DNA of 64,000 nucleotides. Source: Longimicrobiales bacterium (lineage in GTDB: Bacteria; Gemmatimonadota; Gemmatimonadetes; Longimicrobiales; Gaopeijiaceae). The DNA is taken from contig CBDDCX010000006.1 of assembly GCA_965226375.1 (NCBI GenBank), positions 288,001 to 352,000 of the forward strand, read 5' to 3'. The notes beneath the pieces were generated by a model. That model was not told the origin of the DNA and ran no database searches. It was given only the letters and a program-made list of their open reading frames with translations. Positions 41,233 to 50,136 of the stretch are shown piece by piece; within the stretch, counting starts at the first letter, position 1; every line of letters starts with the position of its first letter. The position numbers and the translations under genes are program-made.

Positions 41233-41694
41233 GGCGGCGGCTGCCACGAGGAGCGAGAACACGATGAGCGGCAGCAGCGCCCCCTCGGCTGCGGACGCGA
41301 AGGGGTTCGCTGGGATGAGGCGCATAACGAAGTCCAGGAGTCCCGGAATCTCGGGAGGTGCCTCGCCGGTCGTGACGACCTGGACCGACACGGGCCAGAT
41401 TCCGAGCGCGACCCTCATGAAGGTCATGCCTATGACGATGGCGGGGATCGTGGTTCCCCAGAAGAAGCCGAGCGCCGAGCCCCCCAGCTTTCCTACCGTC
41501 TTGGGATTCCCGAGTCGGGCCACGCCCACGAAGATCGTTGTGACTACGAGCGGGATCACGACCATGCGGATCGCGTTGATGAACAGGGTGCCCAGCGGAG
41601 CGACACCCTCCGCGAACCGGTCCAGGATGCCGATGTCGGTGGCGGCGGGGACGAGCCCCAGGATCAGGCCGAGAGCCGTAGCGAGATGGTTCAA
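41232..41694 (-). pseudogene. Dicarboxylate/amino acid:cation symporter, truncated
   Basis: GTLFINAIRMVVIPLV and LIPANPFASAAEG.LLPLIVFS; stops at ~155 codons. Confidence 0.82.
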
Positions 41695-42053
41695 GTGTCG
41701 AGCTCCTTCAACAGGTCTCTAGATGTAGTGTCGATAAAGTCATCGTCCGCGGACCATCCGAACCGGTCCCAGTCGATGTGGCCGCCGGCGCTGAAGGTGA
41801 TGCCCTCGTCTTCCAGAAGAGCCCGTTGAATTTGGGCCGTATGGTGGATGGCAGAGGTGGAGATCTTTCCGGTGCTGTTCACGACGCGCCACCACGGAAC
41901 GTTCAAGTCATCTGTGAGAGCCGAGAGCGCGCCGCCGACCGCCCGGGGCGCTCGCGGCCGACCGGCCAGGGCCGCGACGTCCCCATAGGAGAGGATGTGG
42001 CCCCGCGGGATGGCCGTGACTACGGCGTACACGCGTCGGGTAAAGGGTGTCAT
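41691..42053 (-). CDS. Alkyltransferase-like (ATL/MGMT-family) protein
   Basis: IPRG..SYGDVAALAGRPRAPRAVG; PWWRV in place of catalytic PCHR. Confidence 0.88.
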   Translation of the reverse strand: MTPFTRRVYAVVTAIPRGHILSYGDVAALAGRPRAPRAVGGALSALTDDLNVPWWRVVNSTGKISTSAIHHTAQIQRALLEDEGITFSAGGHIDWDRFGWSADDDFIDTTSRDLLKELDT

Positions 42054-42230
42054 GTCGGGTGACGGAGTGATGGCTGGGGTGATGGCCGCGCCCCCATGGG
42101 TCCGCTAACGTGTGATGGCTGCACTCGCGTGGGCTCCGCTGTAGGTTGACGCACACGAGAGGGCCAGCCGAGTGTACGCGCAAGCCCCCGTACTTTTCGT
42201 TCCTCGCCCGTCCACCGTGAGCCGTTCTTC

Positions 42231-43568
42231 GTGAGAGTAATCGGCCTGACCCTGACGCTTCTGCTGCTCTTCGGGATTACGTTCGTGACGTTCGCCGCCA
42301 CGGAGCCTGCCTTCCCGGGCGCCGAGGTGGCGGTGCTCATCGGGTTCGTGCTCCTGATCGCAAATGTGGCGGGGAGCTTGGCCGCATCGTCGGGGCTGCC
42401 GAGGCTGACCGGCTACCTCATCGTGGGCATTCTGGCCGGTCCCTCGATCCTGGGGCTCATGTCGCCGGAAGCGGTGGAGGAGTTGGCGCTCATCGACCGC
42501 TTTGCCCTGGTCCTCATCGCGCTGATGGCCGGGGGGGAGCTGAAGCTGTCCCAGCTCAGGCCTCAGGCACGCAACATTCTCTACGCCACCCTTTCGGTGA
42601 CGGTCATCGTCTGGATCGGCATTACAGCGCTGGTCGTGCTCATGCGGCCTTTGGTCCCGTTCCTGGTCGAGCTCCCGATATCGGGGGTCGTGGCGGTGGG
42701 TCTGCTCCTGGGGATCTGGTGCGCCAACTCGTCACCGGATCTCACGGTGGGGGTCATCGAGGAGATGCACACCAGCGGTCCACTGGTGGACGTGATCCTC
42801 GGGGTCACCATCGTCAAGGACGTAGTGGTCATCGTGTTCTTCACATTGACCATGGCCCTCGTAGCCCCACTGCTGAATCCCGGAGAACATTTCGACAGCC
42901 TTATCCTGCTCCACCTGGCGCGCGACGTGGGCGGCGCGTTGGTGGTTGGCGCCGGCATGGGCTGGGTCTTTTCGGTTTACCTGGGAGACGACAAGGTCCG
43001 CCACCGCCCGCCCGTGGCGACCTTTCTGTTCGCCTACGTTGTGGTCGTGGTGGCCGCGCGGCTCCAGGTGGAGCTGCTGCTCACCGGTGTCGCGGCTGGA
43101 TTCGTTATCGAGAACCTTTCGCCGGCGGGAGATCGCATGATCCGCGGCATCCAGTCCGTTGCTGTGGTGGTCTTCGCCTTCTTCTTCGCGGTTGCCGGCG
43201 CTCGTCTCGATCTCGGGGCCGTGCGTCAGTTTTGGCTCGCTGCCCTCATCATCTTCACCGGCCGTGCCGCTCTTACGTATTGGGGTGCCCGGGTGGGGCT
43301 CGCCCGGGCGGGGGCTCCGCCCGAGATCGAGCAGAAGACCTGGCAGGGCCTCCTGTCACAGGGTGGAGTGACGTTAGGCCTGATACTCCTGATCCAGGAC
43401 AGCTTCCCTTCCGTGGCCTCGGGCATCGTAGCACTCGGGATGGCGGTCATCATCGGCAACATCATGGGTGGCCCCATTCTGCTGAAACGGGCCCTCTCGA
43501 GTGTGGAGTCACCCTCCACTCCAGATGCTGAGCCGCAGGCCGCGGCCGCTACTGTGGCCGGACACTGA
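42231..43568 (+). CDS. Cation:proton antiporter (CPA family)
   Basis: Multi-TM; LPRLTGYLIVGILAGP, AGGEL, KDVVVI, FFAVAGARL, QGGVTLG. Confidence 0.85.
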   Translation: MRVIGLTLTLLLLFGITFVTFAATEPAFPGAEVAVLIGFVLLIANVAGSLAASSGLPRLTGYLIVGILAGPSILGLMSPEAVEELALIDRFALVLIALMAGGELKLSQLRPQARNILYATLSVTVIVWIGITALVVLMRPLVPFLVELPISGVVAVGLLLGIWCANSSPDLTVGVIEEMHTSGPLVDVILGVTIVKDVVVIVFFTLTMALVAPLLNPGEHFDSLILLHLARDVGGALVVGAGMGWVFSVYLGDDKVRHRPPVATFLFAYVVVVVAARLQVELLLTGVAAGFVIENLSPAGDRMIRGIQSVAVVVFAFFFAVAGARLDLGAVRQFWLAALIIFTGRAALTYWGARVGLARAGAPPEIEQKTWQGLLSQGGVTLGLILLIQDSFPSVASGIVALGMAVIIGNIMGGPILLKRALSSVESPSTPDAEPQAAAATVAGH

Positions 43569-43571
43569 GCG

Positions 43572-44531
43572 ATGCGTCACGTCCATGGATCCGCGTATCG
43601 TCACGCCTTCGGAGCTCGAGGCCGGGACGTAGAAAGCAGCGTTGTGGATCGCCGCTCTCAAGCGGGGCGACTGTGGATCGTGCTCGTCATCACCGGCGCC
43701 TTCATGGTGGCAGAGTTGGTCGGCGGAGTGTTGTCCAACTCCCTGGCCCTTCTGGCCGATGCCGGTCACATGCTCACGGATGTACTGGCGTTGGGCTTGT
43801 CCCTGATTGCTATGCGCCTGGCGATGCGCCCCCCGAGCCAGGAGCGGACGTTCGGCTATGTTCGCCTGGAGATTCTGGCGGCTCTGGTCAACGGAGCCGT
43901 CTTGCTGGGGATCAGCGTGTGGATCGCCTGGGAGGCGTGGGGGCGACTGACGACGCCCGAAAAGGTGGACGGTCCCCTGATGATGACGGTGGCCGTTCTC
44001 GGGCTCCTGGTGAACCTGGCCGGCGCGGCCCTTCTCAAGGAGCATGCCGGGGACAACCTGAATGTCCGAGGAGCATACCTTCACGTTCTCGGTGACCTTC
44101 TCGGATCCGTGGGAGCCATCGGAGCCGGCGCCATCATCCTGCTCACCGGATGGACGCCCGCCGATCCGCTGGCGTCGGTGATCATCGCGGGGCTCATCCT
44201 GTTGGGGGCCTGGCGCCTGGTGCGAGAGGCTGCCGAGGTTCTCCTGGAGATGGTGCCCCGGCACGTGGACATGACGGAGGTCCTCAAGGACCTGAGGGCG
44301 ATCCCTCACCTCGAGGACGTACATGATCTGCATGTCTGGACGCTGACGAGTGGGTTCGTGGCGCTCAGCGGGCACGGTGTGCTCGATGACCCCACCCGCC
44401 ACCAGAGCGTTCTGGACGAGATCGGCGAGCGTATGGCAGAGCGTGGCATCGAGCACGTGACCTTCCAGCTGGAGCCGGTGCGTCTTCACCAGATCACGCC
44501 CGTGGAGCGGGAGGAGGGGGCCGGTGAGTGA
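43572..44531 (+). CDS. Cation diffusion facilitator (CzcD/ZitB-like)
   Basis: SLALLADAGHMLTD, TFGYVRLEILAALVN, NVRGAYLHVLGD, HDLHVWTL. Confidence 0.93.
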   Translation: MRHVHGSAYRHAFGARGRDVESSVVDRRSQAGRLWIVLVITGAFMVAELVGGVLSNSLALLADAGHMLTDVLALGLSLIAMRLAMRPPSQERTFGYVRLEILAALVNGAVLLGISVWIAWEAWGRLTTPEKVDGPLMMTVAVLGLLVNLAGAALLKEHAGDNLNVRGAYLHVLGDLLGSVGAIGAGAIILLTGWTPADPLASVIIAGLILLGAWRLVREAAEVLLEMVPRHVDMTEVLKDLRAIPHLEDVHDLHVWTLTSGFVALSGHGVLDDPTRHQSVLDEIGERMAERGIEHVTFQLEPVRLHQITPVEREEGAGE

Positions 44532-44605
44532 GGTTGCGGAGGACGTTTGGGAGGACCGGAGAGGACCGGAGGATGGGGAGGATCGGAGAACGCGTTGAGG
44601 GATGC

Positions 44606-44638
44606 ATGAGTAACATATGAGTAAGCGGTGAGTGATCG
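44606..44638. repeat. 11-bp-period direct repeat x3 (RTGAGTRA)
   Basis: ATGAGTAA at 44606 and 44617, GTGAGTGA at 44628. Confidence 0.6.
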
Positions 44639-44780
44639 AGGTCCGGTACGATGTCGACTGAGTCGATTGACCCGGAGCTGACGCCCCACCGTGTTGCGGA
44701 GCACCCCCAGCCCCATATCATGAGGGTCCTCACGGATCACTGAAGCCCCCGGCACGGGGACGCTACGAAGGAGCGGTACC

Positions 44781-46199
44781 ATGAGACGCATGCTTTTCCT
44801 CTTTGCCGGTCTCGCCCTGGCTCTTCCCACGTTGTTGGGAGCCCAGCTCGCCACCGAGCTCACCAGCCAGATGCGGAACCGTTACGTCACGGTCTCCGCG
44901 CCCGCGTTCGTTCTCAGGAACGTGACGCTGGTCGATGGCACGGGTGGACCGCCCCAGCGTGGCGTCTCCGTGGTCGTCGAAGAAGGACGTATCACGCAGA
45001 TCGGTACCAACGTGGACATCCCCCAAGATGCCGATGTGCTGACCTACTCGGGTCACACGCTCATTCCGGGCCTCTTCGGCCTGCACGATCACATGTATTA
45101 CTCGGGCCAGGGACGAGGCGCTCAGATGTCGTTCACCGGGCCGCGCCTCTACCTCGGCGCCGGAGTGACCACGGTCCGGACCACAGGAAGCCGGCAGCCG
45201 TACGCCGAGATCAACCTCAAGGCCGAGATCGACAAGGGGCGGTTACCGGGCCCCCGGATTCATATCACGGCGCCGTACATCACAGGGGGTGAAGGAGCCA
45301 CAGGCATGACCCTTCTCAACTCCCCTGAGCAGGCCCGGCGCTTCGTGGCCTATTGGGGCGAGGAGGGAGCCACCTGGATCAAGGCCTACACGGGGATTCG
45401 TCGGGCCGAGATGGCGGCTGTCGTCGACGAGGCACACAAGCGCGGCATGAAGGTGACCGGGCACATCTGCTCCATCAGCTTCGCCGAGGCGGTGGACATG
45501 GGCTTCGACAACATCGAGCACGGGCTTCACACGGCGTCGGACTACAACCCAGACAAGGAGCCCGACAAGTGCCCGCCGAACAACCGCGTGGTCGCCCTCA
45601 ACGTCGACGTGAGGGGTCCCGAGGTCGAGGCCACGTTCAGGAAGATGATCGACGCCGGCGTGGCCATGACGTCGACCCTGCCGGTCTACGAGATGTCCTA
45701 CCCGAACCGTGATGTGAGGGACCCTCGGGCACTCGAGGCCATGACGCCCGAGATCCGTGAGCTCTACCTCGCCGATCGTGACCGCATCGACAACGATCCC
45801 AATGCCCTGAGCGTCGATCTCTTCAAGAACGCCATGGCGTACGAGGTCCGATTCGTGGAGATGGGCGGAGTCTTGGCCAACGGGGTCGATCCGACCGGCA
45901 GGGGTGGTGCCTTGGCCGGGTACGGGGACCAGCGCGGCGTCGAGCTTCTGGTCGAGGCCGAGTTCACGTTCGCACAGGCCATCCAGATCGCAAGCCTGAA
46001 CGGGGCCAAGATTCTGGGCGTGGACGACGACCTCGGCAGCATCGAGGTCGGCAAGGTTGCGGACATGGTGCTCCTGCGCGGGGACCTTACGGGTGACCCG
46101 TCGATCATCCGGAACACCGTCACCGTGTTCAAGGACGGTGTGGGTTATGACTCCCGCACGCTCCTCGACGAAGTGAAGGGACAGGTAGGGATCCGCTGA
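44781..46199 (+). CDS. Secreted amidohydrolase-family protein
   Basis: TLIPGLFGLHDH, WIKAY, VTGH, IEHG, GSIEVGKVADMVLL. Confidence 0.9.
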   Translation: MRRMLFLFAGLALALPTLLGAQLATELTSQMRNRYVTVSAPAFVLRNVTLVDGTGGPPQRGVSVVVEEGRITQIGTNVDIPQDADVLTYSGHTLIPGLFGLHDHMYYSGQGRGAQMSFTGPRLYLGAGVTTVRTTGSRQPYAEINLKAEIDKGRLPGPRIHITAPYITGGEGATGMTLLNSPEQARRFVAYWGEEGATWIKAYTGIRRAEMAAVVDEAHKRGMKVTGHICSISFAEAVDMGFDNIEHGLHTASDYNPDKEPDKCPPNNRVVALNVDVRGPEVEATFRKMIDAGVAMTSTLPVYEMSYPNRDVRDPRALEAMTPEIRELYLADRDRIDNDPNALSVDLFKNAMAYEVRFVEMGGVLANGVDPTGRGGALAGYGDQRGVELLVEAEFTFAQAIQIASLNGAKILGVDDDLGSIEVGKVADMVLLRGDLTGDPSIIRNTVTVFKDGVGYDSRTLLDEVKGQVGIR

Positions 46200-46723
46200 T
46201 GGCTGGTGCGGTGCGGCGGGTGATCGGGCGGCGGCAGATTGCGCGGTTGCTTTGCCCGCCCCTGGTCCTCGCCGCCCTCTCGGGATCGGTCCTTGCGACG
46301 GGGGTCGCGGCCCAGACAGCCGAGGAACAGGCGGTGATCGATGCAGCCCAGGCCGCGTTCGACGCCATGGAGGCCCGCGATCCCGACGCGTTGCGGGCCT
46401 CCATGACGCCCGAAGGCTTTTTCATGGCCGTCGGATTCGAGACTACGCGGCGCACCACCCGCGATGAGTTCGCCAGCCGTCTTGCCGATGCCCCTCAGCC
46501 TCTGTACGAACGCATGTGGGATCCAGAGGTCCGGATCGACGGGCCCGTAGCCACTCTCTGGACGGCATACGACTTCTACCGCGGCCTGGAGTTCAGCCAC
46601 TGCGGCACGGACGCGATCCAATTGGCCAAGACGCCCGACGGCTGGAAGATCACGGCGGCCAGTTACACGGTGCAGATGCCGCCGGACTGCAGCACGCATC
46701 CCGACGGACCGCCGGGGGGGTGA
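46199..46723 (+). CDS. NTF2-like (SnoaL/lumazine-binding) protein
   Basis: ERMWDPEVRIDGPVATLWTAYDF..FSHCGTDAIQL..GWKI. Confidence 0.82.
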   Translation: MAGAVRRVIGRRQIARLLCPPLVLAALSGSVLATGVAAQTAEEQAVIDAAQAAFDAMEARDPDALRASMTPEGFFMAVGFETTRRTTRDEFASRLADAPQPLYERMWDPEVRIDGPVATLWTAYDFYRGLEFSHCGTDAIQLAKTPDGWKITAASYTVQMPPDCSTHPDGPPGG

Positions 46724-46849
46724 GGCTCCTACGTCCAAGATACAGGCGGTCTTACTGACGTCCTAGCAACGTGGCTCTTTCCGGCGCCGGGGCCGAAGGT
46801 GAAGTTGTTACGCTAGGATTGGGCGGACCACCTGCAACGGGAGAGATGC

Positions 46850-47347
46850 GTGCGCGATGCCGATCGACTGAAAGACCCGGCTACGGGCCTTGCCAGCGAG
46901 TGGCACTTCGAGATCCTGTTCGACTTTATCTTTCCGATTGCACATCGCGGCGTCCACATGACGTTGGTTCTGTTCGGAATCGACGAAAGCTCCTGGGCCG
47001 AGGGACAGCCCGACCCGAAGCAGCAGGTGACCGAACTGGGAGCGGCGATCGGATCCGTGACCCGAGACACCGATCTCGTGGCACGCTATGGAGAGGACCT
47101 GTTCATCTGTCTTCTGCCCCTCTGTAACGTCCAGGGCGGGTTGATCTTCGCCGATCGCATCCGTGATGCGATTTCCGACTATACGAGCCGGACCGGGACT
47201 ACCGTGAGTGCGGCCATCGCGAGTTATCGCGGTGATGACGACGGGACCAAAGAGGATATGCTCCAAGCTCTCAAGGGAGCGCTTGTCGAGGCCTGGGCTC
47301 AGGGTGGAGATCGAGTCGAGATACCGAAGGACGGCTGGAACCACTGA
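46850..47347 (+). CDS. Stand-alone degenerate GGDEF-domain protein
   Basis: DPATGL, RDTDLVARYGEDLF, TVSAAIA, AQGGDRV. Confidence 0.78.
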   Translation: MRDADRLKDPATGLASEWHFEILFDFIFPIAHRGVHMTLVLFGIDESSWAEGQPDPKQQVTELGAAIGSVTRDTDLVARYGEDLFICLLPLCNVQGGLIFADRIRDAISDYTSRTGTTVSAAIASYRGDDDGTKEDMLQALKGALVEAWAQGGDRVEIPKDGWNH

Positions 47348-47483
47348 GGGTCGCCCACCCCGCAGGACTGGCGTCGCGGTCCCTGTTTTGACACCTTTGC
47401 GCCTTCACGGGATCAATTGAACTATCCCGATAGTAGAAGACGCTTCTTTACGTGAAGTCCATGTACCGAGGGAGGGAAGAAAG

Positions 47484-48137
47484 ATGCGATCGAGTCTTGT
47501 TGCGCTTGTAGCGCTCATGCTGGCGGTGCCTCTGGCAGCGCAGGAGCCGATGGACGCCGACCGGGCGATCGAGGGTGGGGGTGAGTTGGCCGAGGGGTGG
47601 ATGGGACGGACCGACGGTGGTGCGACGTTCGAGAACGTTCGGTGCACCGAAGAAGGTGGTATGCTCGACATCAGTGTCGGCCCTGCCATCGTGCTGTACC
47701 AGCCCGAGGACATGGCGCACGGAGAGTACACCGCGTCCGGTACTTTCGAGCAGCTCACTTCCAAGGGACACGCCCACGGCATCGGGCTGATTGTCGGTGG
47801 TGCCGATCTACAGGGTGCGGACCAGGTGTACACGTACTTCCTGGTTCGCGGTGACGGCAACTTCATCATCAAGACCCGGACCGGGGGCGAGACCTTCGAG
47901 TTGGCTCCCTGGACGCCGCACGGATCCATCCAACAGAGTGACGACTCGGGCCGTGCGGTCAACGACATGTCCGTCGAGGTGGGTGCCGAGGACGTCGTCT
48001 TCAAGATGAATGGGCAGGAGGTCCACCGCGAGAAGACGGCCGACATCTACACCGACGGGGTGTGGGGCGTCCGGCTGAATCACAATCTGGACATGAGGAT
48101 CAAGAACCTGGAGCTGGAGATGCACGGGGGTCACTAG
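47484..48137 (+). CDS. Secreted hypothetical protein (concanavalin/DUF1080-like fold possible)
   Basis: Signal peptide ending LAAQ; beta-rich; GGAGG RBS. Confidence 0.7.
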   Translation: MRSSLVALVALMLAVPLAAQEPMDADRAIEGGGELAEGWMGRTDGGATFENVRCTEEGGMLDISVGPAIVLYQPEDMAHGEYTASGTFEQLTSKGHAHGIGLIVGGADLQGADQVYTYFLVRGDGNFIIKTRTGGETFELAPWTPHGSIQQSDDSGRAVNDMSVEVGAEDVVFKMNGQEVHREKTADIYTDGVWGVRLNHNLDMRIKNLELEMHGGH

Positions 48138-48164
48138 AGCCCCGGTCTCGCTGCAGGGAACTTC

Positions 48165-48199
48165 AAGAGGGCCGGGCCACGTCGGCCCGGCCCTCTTTT
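48165..48199 (+). terminator. Rho-independent terminator
   Basis: 14-bp stem AAGAGGGCCGGGCC/GGCCCGGCCCTCTT, 5-nt loop, T tract. Confidence 0.88.
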
Positions 48200-48204
48200 G
48201 TGTG

Positions 48205-50104
48205 GTGGGCCCGGCATGGGCGATGACTTGGAGGTGAAAGTCCTCCCGGAACCTGGTCGCAGGGACCGAAGGGAAGCGCAAGGCGTTCGTCGTGAGGCGT
48301 ACGCTGAACGAAGCGTGAAACGAACCCGTGAGTCGACGAACAGGAACCGGATACGAGGTGCTGCGGACCGGGGCGAGCGGACCACTGACCGCGAAGCTCC
48401 TGCGACCAAGGGGAAGCGGCGTAGATCCGGCGATTGTGCGGGGAAGGTCATCGTTCTTACCCGGGGAGGTCTCGCCTGACGCCTGAAAGGGCGACGCCGG
48501 CATTGCGCTGTTGGGCCTGCCGGCGGAGCGAGAAGTCAGCAGAGGCCATAGTAGGCCGACGAAGTGCATGATGCGCTTGGACCCAGCTTTGTCGGACGAA
48601 GGGCCGAACGGAGAGGAGAGTGTGACGACCGTGGATCTCGAGAAGGCCATGCGCCAGGAGTCCAGGCAACTGGAGCTCCCGCTGGAGGATAGGGGTGAAG
48701 CCCCGAAGGTAGAGGGGAGTGGCGAAGCCGGAACGGTGGCCCATGGAGACGAGCGCTCAGGAAGCGAGCATCTCCTGATGGAGGAGGTGGTCGGGCGTGC
48801 CAACCTCGTAGGAGCGTTGAAACGCGTGCGGCAGAATAAGGGCAGTCCGGGCATCGACGGGATGAGCGTGGAGGAGCTGCCAGAGTACTTGCGCAGGCAC
48901 TGGGGGGAGATCCGACAGCGGTTGCTGGCGGGGACCTACCAACCGAAGCCGGTACGAAGGCAGGAGATACCGAAGAGTGGGGGAGGGGTCCGGGAGTTGG
49001 GGATTCCGACCGTGCTGGACCGGTTCATCCAACAAGCCATCCTGCAGGTGCTGCAACCGAGGTTCGACCCGACGTTCAGTCGGCACAGCCACGGCTTCCG
49101 GCCTGGGCGCCGAGCACACGATGCGGTGCGCGAAGCGCAGCAATACATCCAGGAAGGGAGACGATGGGTGGTGGATGTGGACCTGGAGAAGTTTTTCGAC
49201 CGGGTGAACCACGACGTGCTGATGGGGCGGCTGGCAAAGCGGATCGAGGATAAGGCGATGCTGCGGATCCTCCGTCGCTACCTGGAAGCCGGAGTCATGG
49301 CGAACGGGGTGGTGATGGAGCGGCACATGGGGACGCCTCAGGGCGGACCGTTGTCGCCGTTGCTGGCGAACGTGCTCCTGGACGAAGTGGACAAGGAGTT
49401 GGAGCTACGCGGACACGCGTTTGTCCGGTACGCCGATGACTGCAATGTATACGTGCGGTCGAGGCGGGCAGGACAACGTGTGATGCAGGCGCTGAGGCAC
49501 TTGTACGGGAAACTTCGGCTTCAGGTCAACGAGGAAAAGAGCGCGGTGGCGCGAGTGTGGGATCGACAGTTCCTGGGCTACAGCTTCTGGGTAGCGGCAG
49601 GGAAGGTCGTGAAGCGCCGGGTCAGCAAGAAGGCCCTGACGAAGTTCAAGGAGCGAGTCCGGCAGATTACAAGCCGGAGTGGCGGGCGGAGCCTGCAACA
49701 GGTGGCGGAAGAGCTACGGCGCTACGTGCTGGGGTGGAAGGCATACTTCGGCTTAGCGGATACACCGGGGGTTTTCCGAGACCTGGACCAATGGATCCAC
49801 CGCCGGCTGCGTACGTTGCAATTACGCCAGTGGAAACGGGGAAGGACAGCGTACCGGGAGTTGAGGGCTCGCGGTGTGAGCGAGAACCTCGCCTGGCGAG
49901 CTGCTCGGTTCGCGCGAAGCTGGTGGCACGTGGCCGCGCACCACGCCCTGCACACGGCCTTGCCAGGGGCGTACTTCGACGAGCTGGGTGTGCCCCGGCT
50001 CACGCCGTACTGACCTCAACTCACCGAACCGCCAGGTGCGGACCCGCATGCCTGGTGGTGTGGGAGGGGAAGGACCGGGATCGCCGGTCCTCCCCTATCC
50101 CGAT
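48205..50104 (+). mobile_element. Class IIC group II intron
   Basis: 5' GTGGGCCCGGCATGGG; TTCTTACCCGGGGAGGTCT; AGAAGTCAGCAGAGGCCATAGTA; DV GAACCGCC..GGTGGTGT with CGC triad; DVI with bulged A at 50097 and 3' end CCCGAT; inserted just after a terminator. Confidence 0.92.
48622..50013 (+). CDS. ltrA: Group II intron reverse transcriptase/maturase (start GTG 48622 or ATG 48649)
   Basis: NKGSPGIDG, RELGIPTVLDRFIQQA, VDLEKFFDRVNHD, GTPQGGPLSPLLAN, RYADD; no endonuclease domain seen. Confidence 0.95.
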   Translation: MTTVDLEKAMRQESRQLELPLEDRGEAPKVEGSGEAGTVAHGDERSGSEHLLMEEVVGRANLVGALKRVRQNKGSPGIDGMSVEELPEYLRRHWGEIRQRLLAGTYQPKPVRRQEIPKSGGGVRELGIPTVLDRFIQQAILQVLQPRFDPTFSRHSHGFRPGRRAHDAVREAQQYIQEGRRWVVDVDLEKFFDRVNHDVLMGRLAKRIEDKAMLRILRRYLEAGVMANGVVMERHMGTPQGGPLSPLLANVLLDEVDKELELRGHAFVRYADDCNVYVRSRRAGQRVMQALRHLYGKLRLQVNEEKSAVARVWDRQFLGYSFWVAAGKVVKRRVSKKALTKFKERVRQITSRSGGRSLQQVAEELRRYVLGWKAYFGLADTPGVFRDLDQWIHRRLRTLQLRQWKRGRTAYRELRARGVSENLAWRAARFARSWWHVAAHHALHTALPGAYFDELGVPRLTPY

Positions 50105-50136
50105 TGACCATCGCGAGCTGATCGGAGGAGTGGGAC

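Noticed and set aside
46760..46820. Riboswitch upstream of the GGDEF gene (TCCTAGC...GCTAGGA pairing)
   Set aside because: No match to c-di-GMP-I/II or other consensus I know; a single stem is insufficient
48511..50013. Reverse transcriptase as a retron, DGR or defence RT
   Set aside because: It is embedded in a full group IIC ribozyme with DV/DVI; no template/variable repeat pair or msr-msd seen
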